Numbered from the stretch's first letter, positions 20,601-32,084 are shown. The stretch is 64,000 nucleotides of DNA from Gemmatimonadaceae bacterium (GCA_045803545.1 JBJMOW010000001.1:49683-113682), one strand, 5' to 3'. Notes: generated by a model from the letters alone, not told the origin. A program made the numbers and translations.

Positions 20601-23600
20601 CTACTTGGTGGATGGAGAGAATCTGGTTCGTTTGATGTCGGCCCACTGCGCGAGCGTTTTGTCGAGCGACTTCTCCAACTCGGCGGCGGCGGTGATTGTC
20701 TGAGTCGTCGGATCCATGTCGGCGCTTTCGACGATGTCGAGGATGGTTGCGAGTTGCTCGTTAAGCCGGGCCAGGCCGACACCGGCAGCCCCCGTTCCAG
20801 TTTCCACACGCGCCAGCACGGAGTCGAGTGCGACGAGCGAGTCGGCAACCTCTCTGGCTTTGGCTCCTTCGCGCTGCGTACGCAGGGTACCGCGGCGCGC
20901 GCGGAGCTCTGTCAATGCGGCAAAGTCGCGATCAATGGCGGCGTTCATGCGGACACCGATGTCGTGCTGCTGGCGAAGGCCGGGGGCAGTTATCGGCGCA
21001 CGCGGATCCATTTTGATTGTCAGCGGCTGCGCGAAGGTCTCTCCGTTCACACGAAGGCGAACCGTGTAGTCGCCTGGCAAGACCGCGGGGCCGAGCGGCC
21101 CGCGTGGCGTGTCGCCGTAGATCGCGGAGATCGGGTAATCGTGTCCCAGAACCTTCGGTGGCGGATAGTGCAAGTCCCACACAAATCGGTGCGTCCCGCG
21201 CGACGTCGCAACGCGCTGCGGCGGCCGCACCCAGTAGGTGGGAACGTTCAGGTCTGTCTCGATCGGTTCGATAGAATCGGCGCTTGCAAACGTGCGCATG
21301 GCCCGGCCGTTGGCGTCTGCGATCTCGATAACTACAGGTGTGGTAGCATCGCGAGCCAGGCGATAGTTGATAATCGCGCCATCCGGCGGGTTCTTGCCCG
21401 CAGGTTCATCGGGTGGGAGGGGTGTGTCGGTGTTCTTATCGCGACGGAATCGATACGTGAGCTTGGGCTTGAACAAGTAATCCTGCGTCGCCGCGCGGGT
21501 GTCGAGCTGGCGAAGGGGTGTCATGTCGTCGAGTATCCAGAACGACCGGCCGTGGGTTCCCACTACGATGTCATCATCGTGAATCACGAGATCGCGAATC
21601 GACGTCGCCGGCATGTTGAGTCGCAGCGGATGCCAATGATTGCCGTCGTCGAGTGAGAAGTACACGGCGCGCTCGGTGCCGGCGAACAGCAGGCCGCGTC
21701 GCGCCGGATCTTCGCGCACCGCATTCACAACCTCGTTCGCCGGAATTCCGTCGACGATCTCCTTCCAGGTCTTTCCGCCGTCATGAGTCCGATAGATATG
21801 CGGATGCAGGTCGTCGAGCTTAATGCGATTTATCGCCGCGTAGGCCGATTGATCGTCGAAGTGCGATGCTTCCAGCAGCGAGACTTTCGACCACGGCGTG
21901 AGCGGGGCGGGAGTGATGTTGGTCCAGCTCTTTCCGCCGTCACGGGTAATGTTGATGGCACCATCATCGGATCCGGTCCAGATAACGTTCAAGTCACGAA
22001 ACGACGGCGCGATCGTGTAGATCACTCCCCGGTTCCTCGCGCGCGAGAGGTCACCCTCCGTAAACATTCCGTAACTCGCCGGAACGTCATAATCCTTTCG
22101 GGTAAGGTCCGGACTGATCACGTCCCATCGGGATCCGCCGGTCGTGGTTCTGAAGAGGACATTGCCGGCGAAGTAAAGCACGTGCGGATCGACCGTCGAA
22201 AAAATGATCGGCGCCGTTCGTAAAAATCGGTATTTGCCGGAGCGAACGGCCTCGGGACTCACGTTCTGAACCTCGCGCGAACGCTGGTCGAAGCGCGTGA
22301 TTTTTCCGCCGTAGATGATGTTGTGGTCGAGCGGATCGGGCGCGATATAGCCGTACTCCTCCGCTCCGACTGGATTCCACTCACGGAATGTGATCGCACC
22401 GTAGTCACCGCGGCTTGTCGTTCCTACCGAGCCGCTCTCCTGCTGGCCACCGTAAACCCAGTACGGGATCTGGTTGTCCGTGATGACGTGGTAGAACTGC
22501 GCGGTGGGCTGATTGTACCATGAGCTCCACGTCTGGCCACCATTCACTGTCACAATCGCGCCCTGGTCAGCGGCGATCATGATGATGTCGGGGTTGTCGG
22601 GGTTGATCCAAATGCGATGGTAATCATCACCGCCCGGCGCCCCCTTGATCGCCGTGAAAGTTTTTCCTCCATCGGCCGAGCGATACGTCGATGTGTTGGC
22701 CGAGTATAGGACATCGGCATTCCGCGGATCGACTTTCAGCTCGGCGAAGTCGCTGGCGCGTCCCCAGACGCGAACTTCGTGGTTGGTTCTTCGCCAGTTC
22801 TCACCTGCATCGTCCGATCTATAGATGCCGCCGAGTGTCGGCGCGTCGATCGTTGCGTACATCCGATTCGGATCGCTGGCAGCAATCGTGAATCCAATTC
22901 TGCCTAGTCCCTGAGCGGCCGTCGGAAATCCTTTGCCGATCTGACGCCAGGTGCTCCCGCCGTCGAGTGACTTGAACAGACCACTCAGCGGGCCATTCCA
23001 GAAAGAATTCTCCCACGGTCCTTGACGGCCTGCCCAAAGCGCTGCGTAGACAATATCGGGATTCTTTGGATCGAACCCGACCTGGATCGCACCTGTGTTC
23101 TCGTCCTTGTAGAGGACTTTCTCAAAGCTTTCGCCACCGTTGGTCGAGCGGTAAACACCGCGCTCCGGATTCGGTCCATACGGGTGGCCAAGCACCGCGA
23201 TGAAGATCCGATTCTCATCGCGAGGATCGACGATGATGCTCCCAACCTGCTGGCCGTCCCGCAGCCCGAGGTGCCGCCAGGTTTTCCCAGCATCGGTCGA
23301 TTTGTAGATCCCGTCCCCGGTGGAAAGATCCGGTCGCTGGAGACCTTCTCCGGATCCCACATAGATCACATTCGGGTTCGACGGCGCGACCGCGAGGTCG
23401 CCAATCGAGCCAGTAGGCTGATCATCGAAGATCGGTGTCCAGACACGCCCGTAGTCATTCGTCTTCCAAACACCGCCGTCGTTAACGCCGATGTAGAAGA
23501 CGTTGGGTTGTTGACGGACTCCACTCGCGCCGACGGTACGACCGGCGCGGAACGGTCCGATCATTCGCCACTCGAGATTCGAGTACAGAGAAGGATCGAG

Positions 23601-23678
23601 AGTCTGCGCGCCGGCGCTATGACACCTGAGTGCCAGTGCAGAGGCCGCGGCGAGGGTGATCAGAACGGAACGAGTCAG
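20601..23678 (-). CDS. Secreted BNR/Asp-box (VPS10/sortilin-like) beta-propeller glycosyl hydrolase-like protein
   Basis: Many SxDGGxTW Asp-boxes. The frame stays open upstream of ATG 23564 to a CTG at 23678 that adds a signal peptide. Confidence 0.85.
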   Translation of the reverse strand: MTRSVLITLAAASALALRCHSAGAQTLDPSLYSNLEWRMIGPFRAGRTVGASGVRQQPNVFYIGVNDGGVWKTNDYGRVWTPIFDDQPTGSIGDLAVAPSNPNVIYVGSGEGLQRPDLSTGDGIYKSTDAGKTWRHLGLRDGQQVGSIIVDPRDENRIFIAVLGHPYGPNPERGVYRSTNGGESFEKVLYKDENTGAIQVGFDPKNPDIVYAALWAGRQGPWENSFWNGPLSGLFKSLDGGSTWRQIGKGFPTAAQGLGRIGFTIAASDPNRMYATIDAPTLGGIYRSDDAGENWRRTNHEVRVWGRASDFAELKVDPRNADVLYSANTSTYRSADGGKTFTAIKGAPGGDDYHRIWINPDNPDIIMIAADQGAIVTVNGGQTWSSWYNQPTAQFYHVITDNQIPYWVYGGQQESGSVGTTSRGDYGAITFREWNPVGAEEYGYIAPDPLDHNIIYGGKITRFDQRSREVQNVSPEAVRSGKYRFLRTAPIIFSTVDPHVLYFAGNVLFRTTTGGSRWDVISPDLTRKDYDVPASYGMFTEGDLSRARNRGVIYTIAPSFRDLNVIWTGSDDGAINITRDGGKSWTNITPAPLTPWSKVSLLEASHFDDQSAYAAINRIKLDDLHPHIYRTHDGGKTWKEIVDGIPANEVVNAVREDPARRGLLFAGTERAVYFSLDDGNHWHPLRLNMPATSIRDLVIHDDDIVVGTHGRSFWILDDMTPLRQLDTRAATQDYLFKPKLTYRFRRDKNTDTPLPPDEPAGKNPPDGAIINYRLARDATTPVVIEIADANGRAMRTFASADSIEPIETDLNVPTYWVRPPQRVATSRGTHRFVWDLHYPPPKVLGHDYPISAIYGDTPRGPLGPAVLPGDYTVRLRVNGETFAQPLTIKMDPRAPITAPGLRQQHDIGVRMNAAIDRDFAALTELRARRGTLRTQREGAKAREVADSLVALDSVLARVETGTGAAGVGLARLNEQLATILDIVESADMDPTTQTITAAAELEKSLDKTLAQWADIKRTRFSPSTK

Positions 23679-23876
23679 TTGAAGCTCCGGGTTTGCTCGC
23701 CGAAAAAATGGAGGCGCCAGCCTTCGACGGCCACCAAGAGTTCAATCGGAAGGCGTCCACATCTGGCGAAAATTGTTCCCGGCTGAGCTCGCGAAAATAT
23801 TCGCCCCAGTGGAACGGCATTTGTAATAATCATCCGTAGCTAGATATTCGACAAATAACGTGAGACAAAGCTCAAA

Positions 23877-24494
23877 ATGATCGTATCTCGTAAGAACTTA
23901 GCGGTAATTACCCTGATCGCTTTTGCGCTGGCAGGTGGGACCGCAGGCGCACAAATCGGCGTACCCGAAACGGCACCCACCGCCGGACGCGACACAAGCA
24001 CCCACTTCGCGCCGATCTCTCTACACGCTGATCTGAGAACGCGTATGCTGACCGTGAAGCGCGGCCCCGAAGTGATCAAGACATATCAGGTCGCGGTTGG
24101 ACAGGATCGCTACCCGACGCCGCTCGGCACTTTCGACATCCGCAGAATCGTCTGGAATCCGACCTGGCATCCGCCACCGGACGCGGAGTGGGCGAAGGGT
24201 AAAACGGCCAAGGGTCCAGGCGATCCCGCTAACCCAATGAAGGTGGTGAAGATTTTCTTCAAGGATCCCGACTACTACATCCACGGTACCGGCGACGTTG
24301 AAAGCCTCGGCTCCGCGGCATCTCACGGATGTCTGCGCATGGATCCGGAGGAGGTCGCTGATCTGGCCAAGCTGGTTATGACTGAAGGCGGACAGCCGCG
24401 AGAGGACAACTGGTTCTGGCGAATCGTCCACTTCCGTCGCGAGACCAAAGAGGTTTACCTCGACAGCCCGGTTCCAATAACCATCACGGATTAA
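23877..24494 (+). CDS. L,D-transpeptidase (YkuD family)
   Basis: Signal peptide; YPTPLG, NPTWHPP, YYIHGT...SLGSAASHGCLRM. Confidence 0.92.
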   Translation: MIVSRKNLAVITLIAFALAGGTAGAQIGVPETAPTAGRDTSTHFAPISLHADLRTRMLTVKRGPEVIKTYQVAVGQDRYPTPLGTFDIRRIVWNPTWHPPPDAEWAKGKTAKGPGDPANPMKVVKIFFKDPDYYIHGTGDVESLGSAASHGCLRMDPEEVADLAKLVMTEGGQPREDNWFWRIVHFRRETKEVYLDSPVPITITD

Positions 24495-24913
24495 GCGACG
24501 GCCGGCTTCCGTCCCTGGAAGCCGGCGAACCATCCAGCGACGATCTTGAGAATCGAGGCGAGGATATAGGCGGAGGGAACGCCCTGATGTCCGGCGATCG
24601 AACCGCCTACTGAAACGACGATCGCGGTCACAGCAACCACGAGTCCGTGGGCAACGAAGTTCGCCGTTACCCGACGCGTTATAACGCGCGCGAACAGGTA
24701 CGTGAACAACGTACCGCCGACTACTCCAACTATGCCGCCTGTCCTTTGGTTGAACGCCTCATACACGGCGCCAGGCAAGCCTCGCGCGATGACGAACCTG
24801 TAAGTGACCGTAATGAGGATGATCGTGACGACCGTGCACACTTCTGCGAGCAGACCATAGCCGAGGGCGGCAAGCCAGCGGTTACGATCAATGTGAGCGG
24901 GAGTCGCAGTCAA
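24491..24913 (-). CDS. Hypothetical four-TM membrane protein
   Basis: Four hydrophobic segments; TTG start abuts the upstream stop. Confidence 0.65.
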   Translation of the reverse strand: MTATPAHIDRNRWLAALGYGLLAEVCTVVTIILITVTYRFVIARGLPGAVYEAFNQRTGGIVGVVGGTLFTYLFARVITRRVTANFVAHGLVVAVTAIVVSVGGSIAGHQGVPSAYILASILKIVAGWFAGFQGRKPAVA

Positions 24914-26089
24914 TTATTTAACGCTGAAGGGGGCCGTCCATCGACGGTCGTCCCACGCGAAACTGAGAACTCCACCACTGCCCGCAGGTTGCACTCCGAT
25001 AATGAACTGATCGACGGCCGGATTGGCTATCGCCTGGGTTAGATTCACGCGCGCAAAATCCTTGTCGGCGTGGTAGTCAGTGCCCCACTGCCCAGTCTCA
25101 CTGTTGAAGATCAGCTGAGCGCCGGTTGGTGTAGGGACCGTCCAAAGTGTGTATTTCCCGGCCGGAATCACAGTGGACCCGAACGACAGATCCTTGTCGG
25201 TGGTGAAGACCGTCGCAGCGTTGGCCCCCGTCCGCCACACCTGATTCCACGGAACGACGTTGCCGAAGATTACGCGCCCGCGTTTGAGCGGCCGGCTGTA
25301 GGCAACAGAGACATTCGCACCGCCCACCGCACCCCGAACGGTATCGGGCGGGGACATTTGGCCCATTGCTCCGCCACGCGATGCTTCAACTGCCGCCCAG
25401 TTCTTGACCAGCGCATCGACGTCGAGGGTCGGCACGCTCTGCGCGATTGTTTTGATCGTCGTTGGTGTTGCGTCGACTCCCAGGATTCTGCCGCGTGAGT
25501 CGACGCGCGCCACTTCGATCCAGCCTGGGAAGAACGTGCTCTGGAAGGCCACCGAGTCGGCACCGCGTCGACGAAGAATGATCGACGGCGAGGGATCGGA
25601 GCCTGGTGCGACCAGGACATAGGAGACGCTGTCGCGTCCGAGCTTCGAAGCGGCGAGCAGCTGCTCATAGATGCCGTAGGCCGCTGGTTCAGTTCCGATG
25701 AAAGGCGATGCCACGCCGTGATAGAACCGTCTTCCGCTGGCAGCCGTATCACGCTGACCGTTGCGGGTTGTTTCGATAACCGCGACGGTGTCGCCGAAGT
25801 TGCCGACGGTCTGCATTACCGGTGGCGCACCCGCTGCGGCCGAAGCCCGAAGAACAGTGGCTGACAGCGACTTGAACGTGCCGTTCGACGCGAGGTCGCC
25901 AACGTAATGGATCGTGCGCACTCGCGGATAGCGGAGCACCAAATCGCCCTCCAGTTTGCTGGAGCTACGCGTATACCGCTCGACTGCGACGGTATCGTTG
26001 CCAAGTCTGGTTACGATGTAGGTCGGAGTCTGAGCCTGCGCGATGACAGGAGCGCAGAGGAGAGTTAGTGCTGCGAGTCGGAGTGACAT
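24914..26089 (-). CDS. Secreted DUF2911-domain protein
   Basis: C-terminal YSRPLKRGRVIFGNVVPWNQVWRTGANAAT...GKYTLWTVP...QWGT; signal peptide from ATG 26089. Confidence 0.82.
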   Translation of the reverse strand: MSLRLAALTLLCAPVIAQAQTPTYIVTRLGNDTVAVERYTRSSSKLEGDLVLRYPRVRTIHYVGDLASNGTFKSLSATVLRASAAAGAPPVMQTVGNFGDTVAVIETTRNGQRDTAASGRRFYHGVASPFIGTEPAAYGIYEQLLAASKLGRDSVSYVLVAPGSDPSPSIILRRRGADSVAFQSTFFPGWIEVARVDSRGRILGVDATPTTIKTIAQSVPTLDVDALVKNWAAVEASRGGAMGQMSPPDTVRGAVGGANVSVAYSRPLKRGRVIFGNVVPWNQVWRTGANAATVFTTDKDLSFGSTVIPAGKYTLWTVPTPTGAQLIFNSETGQWGTDYHADKDFARVNLTQAIANPAVDQFIIGVQPAGSGGVLSFAWDDRRWTAPFSVK

Positions 26090-26167
26090 AAGTAGAACCT
26101 GGGGCAAACGAGGGTGCGCTGAATGTGAGCACCTGATACTGCAGCGAGTGCACTGGAGATGCAACGC

Positions 26168-27400
26168 TCAGACACTCGCTTCGACGCCCAGCCGCACTTC
26201 CCCGACATCGTCTTGGGCGGAAGCAGCTACCGCATCCAGCGCGGCAGTGACATCATCGACGAGATCATCCACGTGCTCGATTCCGACAGACAGGCGAACC
26301 AAACAATCGTCGATGCCGGCGTTGCGGCGGGCCGCTTCATCCATCGACGCATGAGTCATCGTTGCCGGATGCGCTACGAGGCTCTCCACGCCACCCAGTG
26401 ACTCGGCGAGCGTGAAGCAGCCGAGTGCGTTGACGAAAGTCTCGACGCCAGCGATACCACCCTCGAGCTCAACGCTGACCATCGCTCCGAATCCATCCTG
26501 CTGCCTGCAGGCGATTTCGTGCCCCGAATGCGAGGTGAGGCCCGGATAGTAAATCCGTCGTACTGCGGGATGATCCGCCAGCGCCGCAACGACCGCTTTG
26601 GCGTTGCGCTCATGAGCGTCCATGCGCGGGTGCAATGTTCTCAGGCCGCGCAGCGTCAGAAAACTGTCGAACGGCGCTCCGGTGATGCCAAGACAGTTCG
26701 CCCACCAGGCCATCTCTTCGCCGAGCGACGCATCGGCAGTCACGACCGCGCCCCCGACGACGTCGCTATGGCCGTTCAGGTATTTGGTAGTCGAGTGCAC
26801 GACCAGATCGGCGCCCAGCTCCAGCGGCCGCTGCAGCACTGGCGAGAGAAAGGTGTTATCGACCGCGACGATTGCACCCGCATCATGTCCGGCCGCGATT
26901 ACACGCTCGAGATCGGTGATGCGCAGCAACGGATTGCTGGGCGTCTCGATCCACAGCAGGCGCGGACGCTCGACGCGAACGAGATCCGGCGCGCCGTCGC
27001 AAGTGAGGTCGGTGAATAGGACCTCAAAGTGGCCACGCGCCGCGAGTGATCGCAGAAGTCGATGGGTTCCGCCATAACAATCGTGTGCGGCGACAACGAG
27101 ATCGCCCGGACGAATCAGCTGCAGCACAAGATTTACGGCGGCCATTCCCGTACTGGTGACCACGCCGCGCAATCCTCCCTCGAGCTCGGCCAATGCCTGC
27201 GCGAGGTAATCGCGGGTTGGATTTCCGGTGCGGGTGTAATCGTAGGTCCGTTTTTTTCCGAACCCGTCGAACGCAAACGTGGAGGAGAGATGGATCGGCG
27301 CCACCACTGCACCATGGTGCAAGTCGGTTGCGATCCCGGCCCGTACCGCGCGCGTCACAGCGTGCTTCGCGCGCTGAGCTCTTTCGCGACGCTCGCTCAT
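26168..27400 (-). CDS. metB: Cystathionine gamma-synthase
   Basis: YTRTGNPTR, ETPSNP, DNTFLSP, HSTTKYLNGHSD (PLP Lys), AESLGGVESL. Confidence 0.92.
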   Translation of the reverse strand: MSERRERAQRAKHAVTRAVRAGIATDLHHGAVVAPIHLSSTFAFDGFGKKRTYDYTRTGNPTRDYLAQALAELEGGLRGVVTSTGMAAVNLVLQLIRPGDLVVAAHDCYGGTHRLLRSLAARGHFEVLFTDLTCDGAPDLVRVERPRLLWIETPSNPLLRITDLERVIAAGHDAGAIVAVDNTFLSPVLQRPLELGADLVVHSTTKYLNGHSDVVGGAVVTADASLGEEMAWWANCLGITGAPFDSFLTLRGLRTLHPRMDAHERNAKAVVAALADHPAVRRIYYPGLTSHSGHEIACRQQDGFGAMVSVELEGGIAGVETFVNALGCFTLAESLGGVESLVAHPATMTHASMDEAARRNAGIDDCLVRLSVGIEHVDDLVDDVTAALDAVAASAQDDVGEVRLGVEASV

Positions 27401-28359
27401 GCGGTCAGCCTCCGCTCCACGTTGAGCAATTCTTCGATGAAGGGTGTGACGCGCTCGGAATCGCCGAGAAAGGCATCGTGCCCGAAGGCAGAATCGATCT
27501 CGATTAGTTGCGCGGGCCCGCTCAAACGATTCACCAGCTGACGCGATTGTTCGATCGGAACCAGACGGTCACTGCTGACACCGATCACAGTGGTCGGCAC
27601 GGCGATGTCTTCCGGTCGTACTCGATGTAGATCGAGGGAAAGCGACAGCGCGTTGTACCTCTCCGATGTCCAGCTGTCTGCGAAATCTTCGCCCTTCTTC
27701 CTCAAATAGCTGCCGATGCGGTCCTCGATGGTGCGCGAATCGACGGGCTCGGAATCGATGAACCTTTCCTTGAAGTAGTTCGGCGTGAGGTAACTCGTCA
27801 TCGCAATGCCACGCGCAATTGTAAGCGCATCGCGCTCGCGGCCGATGTTCGCTCCGAGCTCGATCACTCGTCGCTGCAGATGCCGCAATGCTGTGGCCAG
27901 TGGATCGCTCTCGTGCGCCGCGCTGATGACGATGAGCCGACGACACCGCGTCGGATACGCTGCGCCGAATGCCAGCGCGACCATTCCACCATAGGATGCG
28001 CCAACAATGGCATGCAGTGACCGAACGCGCGCGTGATCGAGGGCACTGGCCAAGGCGTCGGCCTGATCGCGAGTCGTAACCGCGGACGAACCGCGGAACG
28101 TCGAGACGTAATCGACGCCGATCACCAGAAACCGCCTGGTGTCTATTGCCCTCCCGGCCCCGACCGCGTCCTCCCACCATCCCCGGTGAGGATCGAACGC
28201 GTTGGAGGTGACATGACGGTTGGCAGATATTCCACCGAGGACGGCAACAACGGGCGCTCCGGCCGGACCAACCAGCTCATATGCGACTCCATCGCTCGTC
28301 TTGTTGGCCTGTGCGTCGATCCTGGCCGCTGGCTCGGCGGCGAAGGCGAGATTGGTCAT
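27397..28359 (-). CDS. metX: Homoserine O-acyltransferase (MetX family)
   Basis: GGISANRHV, GWW, GASYGGM nucleophile, GHDAFL. Acetyl versus succinyl specificity not determined. Confidence 0.88.
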   Translation of the reverse strand: MTNLAFAAEPAARIDAQANKTSDGVAYELVGPAGAPVVAVLGGISANRHVTSNAFDPHRGWWEDAVGAGRAIDTRRFLVIGVDYVSTFRGSSAVTTRDQADALASALDHARVRSLHAIVGASYGGMVALAFGAAYPTRCRRLIVISAAHESDPLATALRHLQRRVIELGANIGRERDALTIARGIAMTSYLTPNYFKERFIDSEPVDSRTIEDRIGSYLRKKGEDFADSWTSERYNALSLSLDLHRVRPEDIAVPTTVIGVSSDRLVPIEQSRQLVNRLSGPAQLIEIDSAFGHDAFLGDSERVTPFIEELLNVERRLTA

Positions 28360-29606
28360 TGGACCTGCACCTCCGCATCGGACAGCTCGACCCGCGCGAT
28401 CGCCACCGTCTCGGTCGACGCACGTAACGCATCAGCCAGCGCCTCTATGCGACTCCACTCGACGCGACTGGTGAGCGCACCAACACCGTTGGTATCGGCC
28501 CAGCTTCTTTCGACCGTGACTCCGTGCGCAACCGCGCGTTGAACGAATCCAGTCCCGTTCCTGGCTAGCAGCAACCAGCGGTGGGGACGGTCATCGCCCG
28601 CGGAGACAAAGATCCTGCCTCGAGTACCGCGCGCATTTGGCGGGGGTGATGTTCTCAGCAAATCGCTGAGCAGCGCCGAAGCCGTCGGCTCGGCGCCAGC
28701 ACCAGGACCGGAAACCGAAAGCGGTGCCGTCCAGCCCTGGTCGATTTCGATTCGATTCTCTTCTCCCAGCGTGCGAGCGAATCCGCTGGATACACTCACG
28801 ACCGTGGGTTCGACGCTGGCGGCAACAAGGTTCTCGTCGAGCTGAATACACTCCGCGAGCAGCCGCAGGCGCCCGCCGAGGCCAATGGCAGCCTGCGCGA
28901 GATTCGCCAACCCAGGCAACAAGCTCGTCCGGCGAATGCGGAGTGCCGACGGCGCGATTCCAAATGCGATCCATGCCGAAATCGCGAGCTTCGCTGCTGC
29001 ATCGCGACCATCCAGATCGCGAGAGCAATCGGCTTCGGCGAGGCCACGCTGGCGCGCAGCGGCGATGGCGCGGTCGATGTCGACGCCTCGCTCCAATTCT
29101 GTGATGACGAAGTTCGACGTCCCATTCAGAATTCCCCGAACGGATCGCGGTGGCGAAGCGCCAAGCAGGTCGCGCAGCGTCGAGATGACAGGAGCACTGG
29201 CGCCGACAGCCGCACCGAAGTCGAGAGATGTCCCCGTCTCTCGCGCCAGGTGACAGAGTCGGTCGCCGGCGCCGGCAATCAGCTCCTTGTTGGCGGTAAT
29301 GAATTTCCGCCCACCGCGCAGTGCAGCGGCGGCGATTGTTTCGGCTGGCTCCTCTCCACCAATGGCTTCGACAACCACATCGGCGTCAGTCCGGAGAAAA
29401 GCGTCGAGATCGCTGGTGAACAGCGAATCCGGAACGGGAACGTGACGTTCCCTCGTCGGATTCCTCACCAATACGCTGGCGACGGAGAAGCTCACGTCGA
29501 ACCGAGACGCAATTTCGTCTCGCGCATCATGGAGGAGTCTGACGAGACCGCCTCCCACCACACCACAACCTGCCAGAGCCAGTCGTACATCGCGCTTCGG
29601 AGTCAT
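28356..29606 (-). CDS. hom: Homoserine dehydrogenase
   Basis: LAGCGVVGGG, ITANK, GILNGTSNF, DLDGRDAAAK, GPGAGAEPTASA. Confidence 0.92.
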   Translation of the reverse strand: MTPKRDVRLALAGCGVVGGGLVRLLHDARDEIASRFDVSFSVASVLVRNPTRERHVPVPDSLFTSDLDAFLRTDADVVVEAIGGEEPAETIAAAALRGGRKFITANKELIAGAGDRLCHLARETGTSLDFGAAVGASAPVISTLRDLLGASPPRSVRGILNGTSNFVITELERGVDIDRAIAAARQRGLAEADCSRDLDGRDAAAKLAISAWIAFGIAPSALRIRRTSLLPGLANLAQAAIGLGGRLRLLAECIQLDENLVAASVEPTVVSVSSGFARTLGEENRIEIDQGWTAPLSVSGPGAGAEPTASALLSDLLRTSPPPNARGTRGRIFVSAGDDRPHRWLLLARNGTGFVQRAVAHGVTVERSWADTNGVGALTSRVEWSRIEALADALRASTETVAIARVELSDAEVQVQ

Positions 29607-29637
29607 TGCCCGATCCTCGTTAAAAAGACTCCGCGCA

Positions 29638-29676
29638 TAAAGCAGAACGCCCGTGGCAGTGTGGCCGCGGGCGTTC
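29638..29676 (-). terminator. GC-rich hairpin with short U-rich tail (probable riboswitch expression platform)
   Basis: Minus strand GAACGCCCG-C-GGC CACACT GCC-A-CGGGCGTTC, followed by TGCTTTAT. Confidence 0.55.
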
Positions 29677-29677
29677 C

Positions 29678-29731
29678 TCGCTTTTTAGCATTTATTTAAC
29701 GTGGCTGCAATACGCGGCAAATCACCACAGG
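29678..29731 (-). ncRNA. SAM-II (SAM_alpha-type) riboswitch aptamer
   Basis: Minus strand GTGGTGATTTGCCGCGTATTGCAGCCACGTTAAATAAATGCTAAAAAGCG: GTGG/CCAC P1, GATTT loop, TTGCA and GCTAAAAAG signatures; upstream of hom-metX-metB. Confidence 0.9.
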
Positions 29732-29750
29732 GTGCATCGATTGTCTTCGG

Positions 29751-29779
29751 ATTATATATGCGCAGGTTGCGATCGTCAA
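29751..29779 (-). promoter_or_regulatory. Sigma70-type promoter of the met operon
   Basis: TTGACG-N17-TATAAT, just upstream of the aptamer. Confidence 0.85.
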
Positions 29780-29947
29780 GCGCGCCTTCAAATCTCGAAG
29801 ACTAAAGTCGGCAGTCGGCAGTCTAACTGTTAGCAGTTCGGAGTTTGTACTACAGGCGTCAGAGCGCATTGCGCCATCGACGCATGCATAACAACTGGGA
29901 ACTCTGATCTGAGCTCTCTGCAAACTCCCGCGTTTACTTACATAAAC

Positions 29948-29979
29948 AAAAAAAAAGGAGGGACGCAGGAGCGTCCCTC
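29948..29979 (-). terminator. Intrinsic terminator of groESL
   Basis: GAGGGACGC-TCCT-GCGTCCCTC followed by C and T9 on the minus strand. Confidence 0.9.
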
Positions 29980-30002
29980 TTTCTACAGTTTCCCACAGGA
30001 GG

Positions 30003-31649
<1,647 letters not shown>

Positions 31650-31662
31650 TTAGCTGATGGGT

Positions 31663-31971
31663 TTAGTTAACGACCGCGAGCACATCGGACTCGCGAAGAA
31701 TCAAGAGCTGTTCGTGATCGATGGTGACTTCGGTGCCGCTGTACTTCCCGTAAAGAACCTTGTCCCCGACCTTGAGCTCCATCGGGACGCGAACATCCTT
31801 CTCGTAGCGACCGGGTCCGACGGCGATGATCTCGCCCTGCTGCGGCTTTTCCTTGGCGGTGTCGGGGATGAACAGCCCGCCGCGCATCTGCTCCGTATCC
31901 TCGAGCGCCCTGACGACGACGCGATCGGCTAGGGGAGCGACTTTGGTGCTGGTTTGTGTCTTGGTGGCCAT
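31663..31971 (-). CDS. groS: Co-chaperonin GroES
   Basis: [31 protein letters not shown]; start trimmed to ATG 31971. Confidence 0.98.
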   Translation of the reverse strand: MATKTQTSTKVAPLADRVVVRALEDTEQMRGGLFIPDTAKEKPQQGEIIAVGPGRYEKDVRVPMELKVGDKVLYGKYSGTEVTIDHEQLLILRESDVLAVVN

Positions 31972-32021
31972 AGTTAGCTGCCCTTCTGCGGGGTTAAATG
32001 GGTAGGTAAGCAAACCGCTTG

Positions 32022-32048
32022 TTAGCACTCAACCGTGGTGAGTGCTAA
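32022..32048. promoter_or_regulatory. CIRCE element (HrcA operator)
   Basis: Perfect TTAGCACTC-N9-GAGTGCTAA upstream of groES. Confidence 0.97.
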
Positions 32049-32054
32049 GTCACC

Positions 32055-32084
32055 AAGTTAACTATCCCTGCCGCCCGCAGTCAA
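32055..32084 (-). promoter_or_regulatory. Sigma70-type promoter of groESL
   Basis: TTGACT-N18-TAACTT immediately upstream of CIRCE. Confidence 0.6.

Noticed and set aside
20562..21656. 364-aa plus-strand ORF
   Set aside because: Antisense to the BNR-repeat gene, with no recognisable motifs.
29800..29935. Short repeats (AGTCGGC twice, AACTG-TTAG-CAGTT, GGAGTTTG/CAAACTCC) between the groEL terminator and the met promoter
   Set aside because: Too short and irregular to call a repeat family, CRISPR or ncRNA.
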